A DNA stretch of 64,000 nt, taken from Octopus vulgaris. Its lineage: Eukaryota. Within the stretch, counting starts at the first letter, position 1, and every line of letters starts with the position of its first letter. Of this stretch, positions 1 through 16,175 are shown piece by piece. A program made the position numbers and the translations under genes. The notes below the pieces were generated by a model. The model was not told where the DNA came from. It saw only the letters and a list, made by a program, of their open reading frames with translations, and did not search any database. The stretch covers positions 14,322,001 through 14,386,000 of the forward strand of contig OX597832.1 of NCBI GenBank assembly GCA_951406725.2, written 5' to 3'.

Positions 1-1039
1 TGGTTTCAGTGGACCAGATAAAGATAACTTAGCTTTGTATTTCAGAGACGTCAACAAAGGAAACGGAAAAAAAAAAAAAAAATGGGGCGACTAAATATTT
101 CATCTATCATAAGAGAATCTCTATCTGTCACTTACTGAAAAGAAAAATGTGGAAATAAACATCTGGTTGGAATAACACCTTGATTGATATATATTAGATG
201 CAACCGATACATCAAAGTTTTATGAAAATGGACAGAGAATATTTGCATCTCTCGAAGTACCTCAATTCTTCCTGAAATATCCCAGGAGATTGAATATTGT
301 TGGTGAATTGTTCAGGAAGTGCTGAAAGATATTCTGATAATCACAGCATAGTATCAGCTGAAGAAAGAACTTGCATTGGGGATTAACGCTGTAGTTAATG
401 GAGGAACACGAATCACTGTGGTTATATGAGAATGAATTCGGTATTGTAGGCTACCCGTCAACACACCGGATATTGATAGATGTAAGTATGTTGCTCTTGT
501 CAATGCTAGGGATTCCAATAACAAGGCGTGTGTGATAGAGGAAGAATAATTTACCTGGTACTCAAGATATCTTCATACTGTGTTAAAAATATTTTTTGAC
601 ATCCAAGATTATTCCCTTGCTAGATAACACACATCCTCATCAAATGAAGTTTGAGTGAAGGTTAGTTTACTTAACATTCGTGTGAAAATGCCTTCTGTAG
701 CTGAACTGCATTTGAAGTGTCAGACACTAGTAGAACATAAATAAATTCCTGCCGTTTATTTCCCGTTTGAAATAATACTATCCATTTTATTCAGATCACC
801 ATGGAAACGTTCATTAAAACGTCGTAAATATACTTTGAAAAGTAGCGATTTTCAACGCTTGGAAAGATGCTTGATGTCTTTGGAGAAATCTGTAGTGTTT
901 ATAAAGTTTCAAACATTACTGAAGATGACGGTCCTCAGGGACGATAATATATAAAGATTGAGTTTTGATTGGGATGTGAAACAAAGCCCGCGTATCGAAA
1001 CACTGGTTTCACACATTGACAAAAGTTGGCAGTTTTGAT

Positions 1040-1404
1040 GGAGTGGGTAAGTCGAACACATCGATCACGGGAAAGAATTTGTACTTACGTTTTCGACACC
1101 GTAAATGATGGAAGGCAAAGTCGACCTCGGTGGAATTTGAACTCAGAGCGTAATGACAGAGACGCAATACCTATTTCTTTATTACCCACAAGGGGTTAAA
1201 CACATAGGGGACAAACATGGACAGACATAGGTATTAAGTCGATTATATCGACCCCAGTGCTTAACTGGTACTTAATTTATCGACCCCGAAATGATGAAAG
1301 GCAAAGTCGACCTCGGCGGAATTTGAACTTACAACGTAACGACAGACGAAATACCGCTAAGCATTTCGCCCGGCCTGCCAACATTTCTGCCAGCTCGCTG
1401 CCTT
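1040..1404 (-). mobile_element. tRNA-derived SINE (abundant cephalopod-type family), with an internal duplication of the B-box region
   Basis: Minus strand begins AAGGCAGCGAGCTGGCAGAAATGTTGGC and has a B-box-like GTTCAAATTCCGCCGAGGTCGACTTTGCC. The GTCGACCTCGG...GAATTTGAACT block occurs twice; related copies lie at 22.7-23.3, 34.1 and 41.0 kb. Confidence 0.75.
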
Positions 1405-1859
1405 TCATTATTATTATCATTATTATAATTATTTGGCTGGAGAAGCAATATTGTAACAAGTATACGCTCTTGCAATCCCAAAATTATAATCGCCAATAGA
1501 CCAATTATAGACTATATTACCTAAATAGAGTTTTATATTTCACACTATTCCATAAATCTGATATCTTTACTGGTTCTGCAATGTTATATAGTATAGCAAA
1601 ATACATGGAAACATGTTATAATCGGATTTCTACAAAACTTCCGTTTAAAATAATTCCATTTCTACTTGAAGTTGCTTAAAATATATTCTATTGCACTCAG
1701 TTTTCATATTGATATTTCTATAGTATGTAGAAATATCAATATGTATATATGTACACAGCAATATGTATATACATATGTATATGTATATGTTCTCTCAGAT
1801 AGATTGATAGAGGGAGAGATAGATAGATAGATACATAGATAAATACATGCTTATATATG

Positions 1860-1929
<70 letters not shown>

Positions 1930-3429
1930 GGGAGAGAGAGACGGGGAGAGACAAAGAGAGATAGAGACATAGATAAATATGTATATGTGTATGCATATAA
2001 ATCTGCGTCGATATCTGTGTGTTGAAAATATTAATATATTGAAATGTAAAAACTTAACAATAGCGTACTAAATAGATATTGATCATGAAGTATACTTGAA
2101 AACTGATATGAAAATCCATATAACAATCGGTTATACAATGCGTAAATTGAAATTGATTTTGTGAAGAGATATTCGTTCTCAGTAACATACACTCGACACA
2201 TAAATGATCCTCTCAAGAAGTCAGTAAAATAACTAGTAATTTCCAAATTCTGTTTGAGTACTTCCTGTGAAGTACTCAACAAAACACATAATGGACTATG
2301 CACGCTGTGTCTAATTTTCGTAGATGCTTGCATATGATTCTAAGAACGTCTGCACACAGCTTATGAATGAATGACTATATTATATGTATGCTTATGTCTA
2401 AGCATGTGCATAAATGCGGATATCATAGTGCTACGTGGGCATAAGGTTTGAATTATGTTATACAGTATTCTCAGATATACACGAGCATATATAATAACCC
2501 ACATCCATATGTGAAAGTATAGCAATGTTCTTCCCTGAGCTACAGGTACCTAAGGCCAGTTTTCAATGTTCTATAGCGTGTATATTCCCTACTTTGATGG
2601 GAGGACAGTCCGTCGCATGAATACACATTTTTGCCATCGGAGTGGAGCTGAGCAATGTGAAGTGAGTAGTCTTGCCGAAGAATTCAACGTATCACTCGTT
2701 CAAGAAATGAAACCCCAAATCTGACGACAATGAGTACAACACACTATCAACTAACCTTCACAAATGCACACACGTACAAAGCCATACATATATAAGTCTG
2801 AGAATATATATATATATACATACGTATCCATGTATGCACACATAATATATACATTGAGAGACAAAGAGTCAGAGTAGTGGGAGAGAGCGAAACAGATACA
2901 TAGATACACACACACACACAAATATATATATATTTATATATATAAATCAATGTCTCTTGGCAATACTTAATTATTATATTTAGTTATTATATGTGTCTGC
3001 CCGTCTATTTGTATCTGCAAAACTAAGTATATACGTTTACGATTTCGTATTGAATGTGTACAGAAATTATAATTTGCTTTAAATTATTTATGAATACTTT
3101 GTTCCTGACGCTCGAAAGTAAATGAAAAGCAGTATCATGTGTTCCGTTAACATATATGTACATTTGGAACTCATTTACATTGCACGTTACACTATTTTTA
3201 TTGAGACATTACAACATGAATAAATACCATGTGCTTCGTGGCAAATATTTGCTGATATGCAATGTTACCTTCTATTGGGGACATCGTTGACCTCGATGTA
3301 TCCATTCCATGTAGATGGTGTTGATATTTGATGAAGCTCCTTTCAGGTATAATTGAAATATTTGATAATATAAAATAACCGATGTTTTCATTCAGAAACA
3401 AAAAAATATCTACTGATATATTTATTTAT

Positions 3430-4550
3430 ATCTTCGAACGTGGGCATACCACCTCAGCATATGATTAATGGCTGCACTAATAATCACCTTGTATCAGGGC
3501 ATTTTGCACTGGACATTCAGCCAGATCAGATTTTTTTTGCCTAGGTATTTTTCCAGTCTCTCGCTTGATGAACTGCATGTCTTGGGTATTCTCTACACGT
3601 TTTGTAATTCCAAACATTACCTATCCATTGGTATTCTAGAAATGTTAAAATCTGGGCTCAGCGTGATGACCCTGCATGTTATCAACACTGAAACTCTTAA
3701 TGAATGTGTCATGAACGTAAGGAAATGACTGACAATCAAGATAAATTTACTATGTTCACATGGAACCCTTATAGACAGCTAGCAAAAACTGATAATTTCC
3801 TCTTCCCTTATCCAGTCCCTATTGCTCTGTTTCAAATGTCGCTATTCATTTCACGCCAAACATTCCATTTCCTGCCAAGTGTCAAGGCAGTTTTCGGGAT
3901 ACGTATTAGCTTCGGCGTTGCCATTTTCACCTTTTACACAAATATGTTTCGATAAAATGCAACTTGAATTTTAAAACAATAGAATGTCAGCAGTAATTTA
4001 AAACTAAGAATTTGAATTCTGTTCTATCCTGAGACTGCAACTCAGCATCAATCTTTATCGCCAGTTATCGAAATGCTCGCATCATACCTCTGCAAAACGA
4101 CACACTGAATTTGATATTCATAAAATGGCTGAACATCAAGATGACCATTATCTTCATCATTAGCCGTGTTAATAGAGGACTGTGAGATATTTATGTCACT
4201 TAAGGTGCCAATCTCTTTGACGTCTTCCTTTCCGGAAACAACATTTTTAGATAGAAGAGCTATTCGTAAAAGTGTCTGACAACGATCGCGGACAACTGTT
4301 CAATGTCACAGATTTTTTAAGGATAATCCATCTTTGACATATACCTATGCATTCCCAGTCCTCCGTGTAATACATATTGACAGCAGATGGTGATCAATTA
4401 CTAAAGAATGACAGAAATGAGGTTCAAGATCTTCAATTCTATCTGATATTTCATGAAGTTTTATCTCAACAATTTATTCATTGTAACAAGCCATCCTGCT
4501 CTTCATTTCATTCCATTTCAGCAATATAAATCTGGGCCAAACCAGAAGCG
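3430..4550 (-). pseudogene. Possible heavily decayed non-LTR retrotransposon remnant
   Basis: More complex, coding-like sequence with only scattered weak motifs; a ~50-nt piece of it recurs inverted at 5358-5412. No intact ORF. Confidence 0.25.
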
Positions 4551-5107
4551 CCATGATGCAGTATTAGACTATGGCTATTATGGCTTCTCATCTTAACTGA
4601 TTGAAAGTGTTAACATCTATATTATTTAGTCTTGGTATAAAAGTTGGGCTACATAAAATATTCTGCTCAATACCACAGATTAGCTTCTCAGTTGAGTGAC
4701 CTTAACGATTTGAAAGTGTCCCTTAGTGACTGCTGATATGTGCATCTCTGATCACAAGCAGAAGTAATGGGGTAACATCATAACCATGTGTTTAGAGGAA
4801 TACTTTGCGTTTTGGATAATTCACCTTTCGAAACATGGGCGTTACGTTCAACATCCTTAAGCAACCCTTATTCAGCGACCTTTTGAGTTGGATGTGCTAC
4901 TCAACCTGAAGAAAATTCTAACTAGACCCCACCTGCAAAGTCATACGCTGTTTATCTTGATATGAGATCACCATGTCGCGCAAGTACGGTTGTGATGCAT
5001 GTGCCTGGTGTATCCATAAGAGACGTGTAGTCATGATGGGTGTACTACACTTCGTATATTTTCCCCGGTGTTACGTTGATAGTATGTACAGCTCCCTCAC
5101 TCAATAG

Positions 5108-5108
<1 letters not shown>
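4551..5108 (+). mobile_element. Dispersed repeat, probably a retroelement 3' segment, ending in a (TAG)n/(TAA)n tail
   Basis: Higher-complexity block that ends ...CTCCCTCACTCAATA and runs directly into trinucleotide repeats. Resembles a common octopus repeat (recognised from memory, not searched). Confidence 0.45.
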
Positions 5109-5624
<516 letters not shown>

Positions 5625-5625
<1 letters not shown>

Positions 5626-5840
5626 TATCAGTTGTGATCGAAGCGTTGGGCCCAATCCAATTGAAACTTCGAGACTTCTTAAGGTAACTGGAAATCTCAT
5701 GCAAGATTGATGTCTTGCAAAAAGCAGCTTTATTTGGCACAACACACATCTTAACGAAAGTATTATCTGTCTGAGTTTCTTCTGACCTGACAGATGACTA
5801 AAGATTCCGGTGCATTCTTACCTACACTGTGTCACGAAAG
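5625..5840 (+). mobile_element. 3'-terminal fragment of an R4/Dong-like RLE non-LTR retrotransposon
   Basis: Translates ISVVIEALG...DVLQKAALFGTTHILTKVLSV*, the typical end of a restriction-like endonuclease ORF; embedded in TAA repeats. Confidence 0.65.
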
Positions 5841-5972
5841 AACCACAACAACCGCAACAAGAACAACAACACCAACAACACCAACACCAACACCAATACC
5901 ACCATCACCACCACCACCAACAACAACAACAACGACAGATACAACAGCAACAACAATAATAATAATAATAAC

Positions 5973-6059
<87 letters not shown>

Positions 6060-6084
6060 ATTAATAATGATAATAATAATAATG

Positions 6085-7245
6085 AACGCTATGCTACTGC
6101 AATCCAGCTACAAATAACTTGGAATACTTAAAGCAGATGGAATAGACACGAAGGAATACACCACAATGGAGAAACTGCAGCGTGTGAGAAAAATATTGGC
6201 CTCAAACCTGAATGTCTGAAACAATTTCGGCAATGAACTCGCGCACAATTGCAGTAGTTCGGTTTGGGCCTAGAATCCTCAAGTGAACAGAGAAGCTAAT
6301 TGAGATGGGCAGGATGAGAAGAAATATCCTAACAATGGAGTGATCCAATCATACACGTGCAGACATTGATTGCTTATACATGAAGAGAGCAAATGGAATA
6401 AGGGGACTGATGAGTGTGGAAGACTGCGTGCATATCGAATACGAGAGCTTAATTAGGTACCTACACAAAAGTAAAGAAACCATGATAGCGCAGTTAGGAA
6501 CAAAGGATTAATTAATGCAGAGAAATAAAGGAAAACAAAGGAAGAAGTATAAAAAGGACATGGAGAAGAATTACACAAGAAGGAACTACACAATCGATTC
6601 CATGTAGCAACAACAAAAGTTACTGGAAAAAAAAGTTGGGTCTGACTGATGAAAGAAACCCTTAAAAGGAGACCATGCTTTGGTCAAGAAATGCAGGGTC
6701 AACATAAGGAATGAGCGAGTGTCTCTGCTGTGCTGCAACTGCAATAGAGAGGTAAGACGTGGTATGGCCACAGACCGAAGATATTATCAGAGTCGGAGAC
6801 TAGCACTATCCTCTGGAATTTTCCAACCCCAAAAAGATGAGGGGCTAGAGAATAACAGACTGGACCATCTCGTAGCGACACGAGTAGGTAGCTGAAGTTC
6901 TGCATTGGAAATATAACAGACTGGACCTAGTAATGGTGGACAAGGTACACCACCTATGCTACATAGTTGACGTTGCATGTTCCTTTGGCCCACGAATAGT
7001 CAAGAAGGAAGGTGAACAGATAGATATACCCATCTTAAATAAGACATAGCCCGGCCATGGAATATGGAGAAGGTGAAGATAGTGCCAATTACTTTTGGTT
7101 TCTTGGGAATAAGAAGAATATAAGGAGAATTTTTTTGCTACCTTGGTACGGCCAGAAGGATTAGGAGAGTATTAGATAGCTGAAAAGAATGAATAGCATG
7201 GTACCGGCTACGCATGCAAGACTCCAGCAAAACTTTTGCTAAAGA
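6085..7245 (+). pseudogene. Decayed R4/Dong-clade non-LTR retrotransposon (RT thumb to RLE region)
   Basis: Frame fragments RADIDCLYMKRANGIRGLMSVEDCVHIE, RLDHLV / TGP(D)LMV and WNMEKVKIVPITFG; many stops and frameshifts; flanked by (TAA)n. Confidence 0.75.
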
Positions 7246-7289
7246 GAAAACACAACAGCAACAGCAGCAACAGCTATAACAACAAAAAC

Positions 7290-7357
<68 letters not shown>

Positions 7358-7358
<1 letters not shown>

Positions 7359-7580
7359 GGAAATCCAAAAGATTGTGCTAACAAGTACTGCCCACATCCT
7401 TAGAAAAACCCTATCAATGTAAATGTTTGTGTTTGCATTACATGGAGATATATCTCTACTTCCCCTCCCCAAGCTTTCAGCTATATTTCAACAACTCTTA
7501 ACCTTCACTTGCCCTAGGGCGCTGGGTGTGCCCCGGCAGGTGATTGCATCAAACATGCAGATTAAAAGTAAATGACAATG
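7358..7580 (+). mobile_element. Second short 3' fragment of an R4/Dong-like element plus 3' UTR
   Basis: EIQKIVLTSTAHILRKTLSM* followed by a UTR and a (TAA)n tail. Confidence 0.65.
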
Positions 7581-9339
7581 ATAATAATAATAATAATAAT
7601 AATAATACTTCAAGTACTGTATTGATAACGTGTTCGAATGTAGATACGATATCAATAATCTCCGTGCAAAAATGTTTATCTAAATCAAATATTTAGAAAG
7701 AACTAATTCAATGAAAAACAGAAAATGCCGATGATATAAGAATGCTGTAATATTGGTGCATACGACAGTAATATTAATGGCAAACCTGGAATTTTTAGCA
7801 GTGTTTGTGTTGCTGTATATCTCAGTGTCGCATTTCGTATGCATCTCCGCAGTGATAAATACAACACATCTCGTGTATAGAAAGATCTCTGATTCCAATG
7901 GTGATTACAAATCTTTGAAATAACTTCAACGCAAATATCTTGAGGTTTAACAAACGCAAGTGCTACTAAGAAGTGTTACAATATTTCTATCTTATATATT
8001 AGATGCATGGCAGAGTAGATATTTTCGACCGCTTCTCTAAGTGAGTGATATAATCCGGATGATGCACAAGTCTTTTTCAACACGGAGCAATCATGTAAAA
8101 TATGAACGTATTTAGTGGAAGATTATAAGAAAAGGAGCTTAAGTCCACTATAAACACACACATACACACACACACACTCATATATATATATATGTACATA
8201 TATATGCACATATATGTAAGTATGTAATCATGTATATATATATGTTTACATGTGTGCGAGACTGTGCGCGCGTGACTGCGTGCCTGTGTGTGCATGTATA
8301 TGTATGTAGGTATGTATGTATGTATGTATGTTGATATTATAAAAATACATACATGTATAAATAAACATTCCCCTACAAATATCCATATACACATATATGC
8401 ATGTATGTGTCTATGGGTGTTTGTATAATCATATATATTCCAGGGTCTGTGATAACTTATTTTTACTAGATATTCCAGGTTCTGTGATAAATTAATTTTT
8501 CCAGATATGTAAAGGCGCCATTGATACGTTTATTTTCATAAAATATATTTTTTGGTCCGGTTTCTAAAACGTTCTATTTAAGTATTACAATGGCAGGAAA
8601 ATCAAAACAAAAAGAAAACAAAGTATTAACGAAAAGGTACTCGTTACATAGTTGGCTGTCTTACAAATCGCTTGATGCTCAAATTGGACCATGCGTGTGT
8701 GTATCGAAGAATGTATAAAGATTTGCAGTAACAATGTACACAAGACAAGCTACTGAAAATCTCGCTTCCGAAAGATTCGATAGAAGTACAGAGACAACTG
8801 TGTCTTTTGAATTCTAAACTTATAATCAACTCGCCGAAATATAATATGGATTTTAAATGCGTCTGTGCGGTATATTTGACGCATTGTGAAATAAGAAGAA
8901 AATCAAAATGTTCATTGTTGTAAGAATTCTATTTATACCGAAACACGTTTTGTATTGATAGTTTCCTTTATTTTTATCATAAGAGATCAAGGAATGATGT
9001 AGTGGTAAACAATACTCAGATAGACCTACAAAGTGAATAACAATTGATTGTCGAAACGGAAATGAAAAACTTCGAATAAAACGGTCCCCAGATGAAATTG
9101 TCATTCTTTCGCATTTCTATACATGAACGCATGGAAATATTTTCAACGTTTCATCTGCTTGGCTGTTTTTATCATCTCTCAGGAACGTTATATATTTTTA
9201 GTGAGATTAGGTTAAAAGTTGTCAAATGAAAATCACTAAGCAGATTGGACAATTGCGGTTTACATTTGTGTATAATTCAGATTCTCTGTCTAGGTCGAGT
9301 TTATAGACTGACCAATATATTCTCATGAGATATGACCAA

Positions 9340-10330
9340 ATGATGTTAACTTTTTTGTGATAGTACCCCTTGAGGTCGAATGTTTCACAGCTTCGATCCC
9401 ACTAGTAAAGAAGCCTTCAAATATTTGGTAAAAAAAAGTCATCAACCTTTATAACGTCATCGATACTGTGACATTGCTTACCAACCAAGTGTTTATTCAT
9501 GTTAGGAACTAGATGATCCTCATTTGGAGAATAAGGATGGGGATCAAGTAGTTCAAAGCAACCATTAAGACCACCGGGGAATTCCGTGCTGGAGCCTTGT
9601 CCTGAAGAAAAAATTTTCTTCGGCATTTGTTTTTTATAACCTTCCATAAATGCTTCAGCGAGTTGACACACGATTCTCCGTTGACGATGTGAACATTTTG
9701 AAGAGCGCCAATAAGCTAAATGTTTTTTGCTTCCCTTAAAACTGAGGCCATTAACATCCCGGTAGATGGAAAGAAGTTGGTTTTCATTACATGAACGCAA
9801 CATCCATCCCAGGTTACGAAACTTTGATGAAAGCCAGCTGTATCTCTCTCAAACAATGTCAGATTTTTCCGTGTTATGATAAACCAGGTCCGCTTGCGGT
9901 CAGGTCTCAAATGATATAGATTCAACATCATGCCAAGTTCATTGTGCACCATACTCTCTAATCCCCAAAAGATATTACCATGGCATTGAGTACCTGATTC
10001 AACGCCAATCACCTATCCTCTATCACTAAGTCGTTAAAATGGTCAATATTTTCCTCGATGGAGGCAGTAGCGGCAGAGTAAACTTCAAGACACCTCCTTC
10101 TTATCCTAGATATAGCTACTCATGTTTCATTTCTGATAAATCTGGATCTTCATCTCAAAGTGTAGGAACCTTGTCAGCATGAATGTCCTTTGGGGTTAAA
10201 CCATTTTTTCTGAAGATACATGTTAACACCACGAAGCCAAATTTTGTCCATTTTTAACGAGAGGACACTACTATGTACATGTAAAGACTTTTTAAAACAA
10301 CAATTCAAACTGAAACGAAACGATGTACTT
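9340..10330 (-). pseudogene. Decayed mariner transposase
   Basis: ELLDPHPYSPNEDHLVPNMNKHLVGKQCHSIDDV resembles the mariner HPPYSPDLAPSDYHLF..LK.HL.G..F motif; spread over ORFs 9417-9803 and 9716-10012. Confidence 0.8.
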
Positions 10331-11080
10331 ATAAATAAAATGTTTTCAGAATACTGCATGTAAACTGTCATAGGTCTACCATCATTTAGTCATAGCCAGC
10401 CTTTGAAATTTCCAACTCCTTTCTGTTTAGAGGGATTTCATGAAAATTAAGGTGAAGGAATTTTATGGTTATACAATACATTTTGCAAAAACACTGCGTA
10501 TCGCAACAAAACTCATTCCGTAGATATACTTGCTTATATAAACACTATCACACACACCCGCATACACGCACACATCCATATGCGAGTAAATAAATGACAC
10601 CGAAGAAATACCAACGCTATGTAATGAAATTCATTAGCTGACAGCTGTTTCTGCTATACGATGTAGGGAACATTTCTTTGGGAGACATCCTGTAGCTACA
10701 TCAGAGCTTTGAATATGAAGTGCACTATATTTGACCTTTTCAGAACATACAAGCGTTAAGAGTGAGAAAATTAATGTTGATGCTTATGGAAAGATCAGTC
10801 CAGATGTAGAAAGAGGTATACAATAAAACAAGAGAAAATTTACGCAAGCACGTATGCGCAGACACAAACATAATGATGTATATGCTTCCTTACCAAAAAT
10901 ATTCGTGCACACAACCTCGTTCAAGCGTAGCAGAAATGGAATATATATGTGTGTATATATATATACGCACAAACAATCAGAAAATGGAGAAAACCTCTGA
11001 TTAACAAATGCATTGATATAGAATCATATTTATAGTATACTTTTTAATACAGGCATGCCACAACAAATAGGTGACGTAAC

Positions 11081-11195
11081 AAATTACGGCCGTTTCCGCA
11101 TCTGTTGCCAAACGTTCTCTATAAGTAATTGCGAAAATAATATCCTTCATCTCCATAGGATATTCGAATTAAGTCACGAGGCTTCATCAGAGTAG
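11081..11195 (-). ncRNA. Degenerate type I hammerhead-ribozyme-like motif
   Basis: Minus strand CUGAUGA-AGC...(long insert)...GCG-GAAA-CGGCCG-UA with a palindromic stem III; stem I pairs poorly. Confidence 0.35.
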
Positions 11196-12312
11196 AAAAC
11201 AAGATCATCCAATATAAAGGAAGGGAAGAAGGAACAGAAAAGAAAACATGGCCAACATATTAAAAACATATAATCTACTATATTGGGGCTCCGAGGTCAG
11301 TAGGTAAAACAGTGAACAAGCAATGGTCTAGGGAGTACTAAAATTCATTTACGGTTAGTTTCAATTTTGGAGCTGGAAGGTTATGGAAAGAAGTTATCAA
11401 AATAAGATACAAAGAAGCTTACTAACAAGATTATCATAGGGCAGTACCTATGCTAACGAAGTAACCTCAAGTTTGAATGTATCCAAATTATTACAGTAGG
11501 GTAACTGGAGTGTACTGATGGAAATATTACCGACAATCCCACCCATGGTTTACAATAGGGCAAGTTTAAGTCCAGGGGTCTCTACAATTGGTCAGTTATA
11601 ATTTGAAACACGGTCACAATATAAAACTGTTAAAGTGGATATGTCAATAAAAATAGCTATGGGGAGAAGACAATGATATAAGTGGAGTGAGGCCTCTTAT
11701 GTCCTTCAGTAGCTTAATATTATAACATGCATGAAAGAACGGTGGAAGAGTAAGTAGCCTCGGGTTTTAGTTAAGGGGTGATAACTAGTACAAGTAATCC
11801 AGTGACTCTTTATAGCTGCTAGGTACATTACAATGTGCAGTTATAAACACACTTACAATTAGGCGGTTAATATTCAAGACCAAATCGCATGTTAGGAAAT
11901 ATCAATTAATAAAACTCACAAGCTGCCAGAGTATACTATATATGCTTAATATGCATTACATAATCATTAAAGCTAAATAGCTCCTATCATTACTTAGATA
12001 ATTTAAGAGAATATATTGGCACGAAATGGGTACAGTTAATAGTGGATCCACTGGCAAATGAGTACAATGAGTAAAGTTCCCTTAATTCAAACAATTTACT
12101 AAACATACTTCAAAACAATTATAATTACCCTAAGATTAGAATATTTATACTAATTAAATCTAATTAAACAATTATAAACTAAATGTAAATTAACTCAAAT
12201 TAGGTGCACACAATATTATTACAATCAATAGGATGTGCTTATATTGCATTACCCTAAAATTATCCATTTAAATAATTCTCTTTCTCTCTTTGTATATATA
12301 TATATATATATA

Positions 12313-13129
12313 TACAGTCACATTCGTTTTGACTCCAGAAATACACGACGAACAAATGTTTGAATAAAGCGGTTAATTTTAATCTTACTTCTGTTCCATT
12401 TCAAGGTACATAAGTTGATTTGTGCATGAAACATTGCAACAATAGTCTACTCCAAGAATTCTTGTTCAACCAAAAAAAAATGCCTTTTGGCTGGAGACCT
12501 TTTTCGACAAATAACCATACACTGCAGTGCAAGCAATTATTCAGAGGCAGTTTCGGTGACATCATACGCCATTAAAATGCAGAATTCTTTATTGGGTTCA
12601 GAAGATGAGAGTGTATGGGTCTTGTGCAAAGGGCACAGCACGGGAAACAACCTCTGAACATATCATCATCGGCTCATATTGGTTCGAAGACGAATATGAT
12701 TATGTAGCCAGACTGAGTGAGCAATTTCAAGAGAGACTGTTCAGCTGGAAGTCTGACGTTTAGTGAGCACCGCATTCACTGGATTTGACCCCCCCCCGCA
12801 CACACATTTTTATCTGTGGTGGTATCTCAAGGAAAATATTCATCAGAACAACCCTCAAACTATTGGGGAACTGAAGGAGGCAATCAGAGTAGAAATCAGG
12901 GAGAACCCCCAAAAGTAATGTGCTCGAGCAATTGGAATTTTGCGCGACGTATGCGAGGGTGCCTCCAACCCCACAGAGGCAATTTGGAGCACATTTTGGA
13001 AAGAACATGACTTTTATGCAAAAGGATTGATAATATACTGACGAAAATTTAATTTCTGCAAATTTCAAGAAATATACTGGAGCATTGTAGGATTTAATGA
13101 AATTTCTATCTTTTGGAGAGTCTGCCTGT
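12313..13129 (+). pseudogene. Decayed Tc1/mariner-superfamily element
   Basis: Remnants of P.SPDL.P.DF.LWGYLK (CCGCATTCACTGGATTTGACCCC...TTTTATCTGTGGTGGTATCTCAAGG) and a G.HLEHIL C-terminus; TA-flanked ends TACAG...CTGTA. Confidence 0.7.
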
Positions 13130-13369
13130 ATATGTATGTGGTTCACATACATATATACATACATACATACATGCATGCATACATACATGCATGCATACAT
13201 ACATACATATATAGGAAATCAAAATCCATCTCTAGGATGAGACTACACTTAATGTATATCTTTGACTGTTTCCTGTTTAAAGCATTTCACTGAACTCCTT
13301 AAATAAATGTGTGTGTGTGAATGTGTGCTTTCGTGTGCCCGTCCACGTGTTTGCGTTCGTGAGTGTACG

Positions 13370-13766
13370 TGCGGATAGACTGATGGAAGCACTCCGTCGG
13401 TTACGACGACGAGGGTTCCGGTTGATCCGATCAACGGAACAGCCTGCTCGTGAAATTAACGTGTAAGTGGCTGAGCACTCCACAGACACGTGTACCCTTA
13501 ACGTAGTTCTCGGGGATATCCAGCGTGACACAGAGAGTGACAAGGCCGGCCTTTTGAAATACAGGTGCAACAGAAACAGTAAGTAAGAGTGAGAGAAAGT
13601 TGTGGTGAAAGAGTACAGCAGGGATCACCACCATCCCTGCCGGAGCCTCGTGGAGCTTTAGGTGTTTTTCGCTCAATAATCACTCACAACGCCCGGTCTG
13701 GGAATCGAAACCGCGATCCTACGACCGCGAGTCCGCTGCTCTAACCACTGGGCCATTGCGCCTCCA
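13370..13766 (-). mobile_element. Young tRNA-derived SINE
   Basis: Minus-strand head TGGAGGCGCAATGGCCCAGTGGTTAGAGCAGCGGACTCGCGG with A box and B box GGTTTCGATTCCC; the body is not tRNA-like. Confidence 0.8.
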
Positions 13767-14462
13767 CGCGGATAAACTAACACACATGTAATTGAAATAA
13801 TTGAAATATATATAACTGTGATTTATACATGTGCGTACGACATATGAATACTTAGTAACCGTAAACGGAAACAGAAATGCTTTACAATTGTCCATCAAAA
13901 AGTCGATGATTTTACTTCAAATTTCCAACGCTATACTCTATTTTAAAATAAATTAAGATACCAGATTATGATGTAAGTAATATCATCCAATCATATACAA
14001 CAAAATATATAGTTTATCTTCACATTTGGAAGATTGGTGTCATTCATATTTTCTTTCCTGAAAAAAGATGGATGAGATGTAAATCGTGATACAGGAAGGA
14101 TAGTATCTCTGTTAATATCTGATAATATCTTTGTGAACTCTGGGAAGCGAAAGAGGAGTGCATGTTTAACTTTCTTCTAAATATCTGATTGTTTATACTT
14201 AAACTTTCTGCTTAAGTATATGTGTCCAACTGCTGCTGTGTTATTAAGAATAACTGCATAGGACAGGATATTATGATTGCGCATGTGATATGATATAGTA
14301 CATGTGAGATAATTAGTACATGTGATATAATTATTCCAGTATCTCTCTCCCCTTTTAAAATTTGTTACTGAATATACGAGTAACAAGTAAGTCATATTAG
14401 TATATAACAGGTGTGATAACATAATGTAGTAGGTTACCTTGGAAAGAACAATTCAACGGACA

Positions 14463-15454
<992 letters not shown>

Positions 15455-16049
15455 GTTGTTTTCTCTTCTGGTATTTTTTCTTCTTGAGATAAAATTATAT
15501 TGAATACATATTGTGACATTTAAGATTTGAATAAATCTGTGGAATACTAGCCAATTTTTCGTCATTGAATTTCATTTTCCGATATTACTATTTTATTTCC
15601 TCCACATTTCATTGAAATAATATTTTTTTTGTTCGCCTCATACTGATTGCTGAATATAGCTGCAGATATAGAGGAGAGTATATGTCCGTTATTTCATTTT
15701 ATCCTATTCTTCTGAACTGTTACTAGCGAAAATCACATTGTGTTTAATGCGTTCGGCGCCAGTAAAATAAGCTGCCATGATTTCAATCGGCATTAATCAC
15801 ATTCCCGATTCAAATTATATGAAAACACATCTTACAAGGAAGATAACCTACGAGATTTCAAATTTATACGAATTATATTTTTTTACAACGATTACACAAA
15901 ATATGTTTATAAAAATCTTTGCTATAATTTCTTGTGAAGAAAATGTTATACATATATGCAAAATAATTTCACACCTACCGTGCTAAACACTCATATGTAT
16001 TTGTAATGTGATTGGCTATATGTGTGCGCGCGCGCATGTGTGTGTGTGT

Positions 16050-16175
16050 GTTTCTCTTCCCAACATCGCTTGACAAAAGATGCCGGTGTGTTGATGTCCC
16101 CGTAACTTAGCGGTTCGGTTAAAGAGATGCTAAAATAAGTACTAGGCTTATAAAGAATAAGTATTGGGGTCGATT
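16050..16175 (+). mobile_element. SINE 3' fragment
   Basis: CCCCGTAACTTAGCGGTTCGG...AATAAGTACTAGGCTTA; homologous to 24770-24950 and to the reverse complement of 36044-36130. Confidence 0.65.

Noticed and set aside
1-1020. Possible decayed RT remnant on the minus strand and a CTGAAGA...GAAA motif at 919-1010
   Set aside because: The motifs are too weak and the stems do not pair convincingly by eye.
8432-8508. 35-bp tandem duplication
   Set aside because: Only two units with no spacers; an ordinary local duplication, not a CRISPR-like array.
13690-13766. tRNA-like sequence
   Set aside because: It is the head of a SINE: no proper acceptor stem, and it continues into a SINE body.
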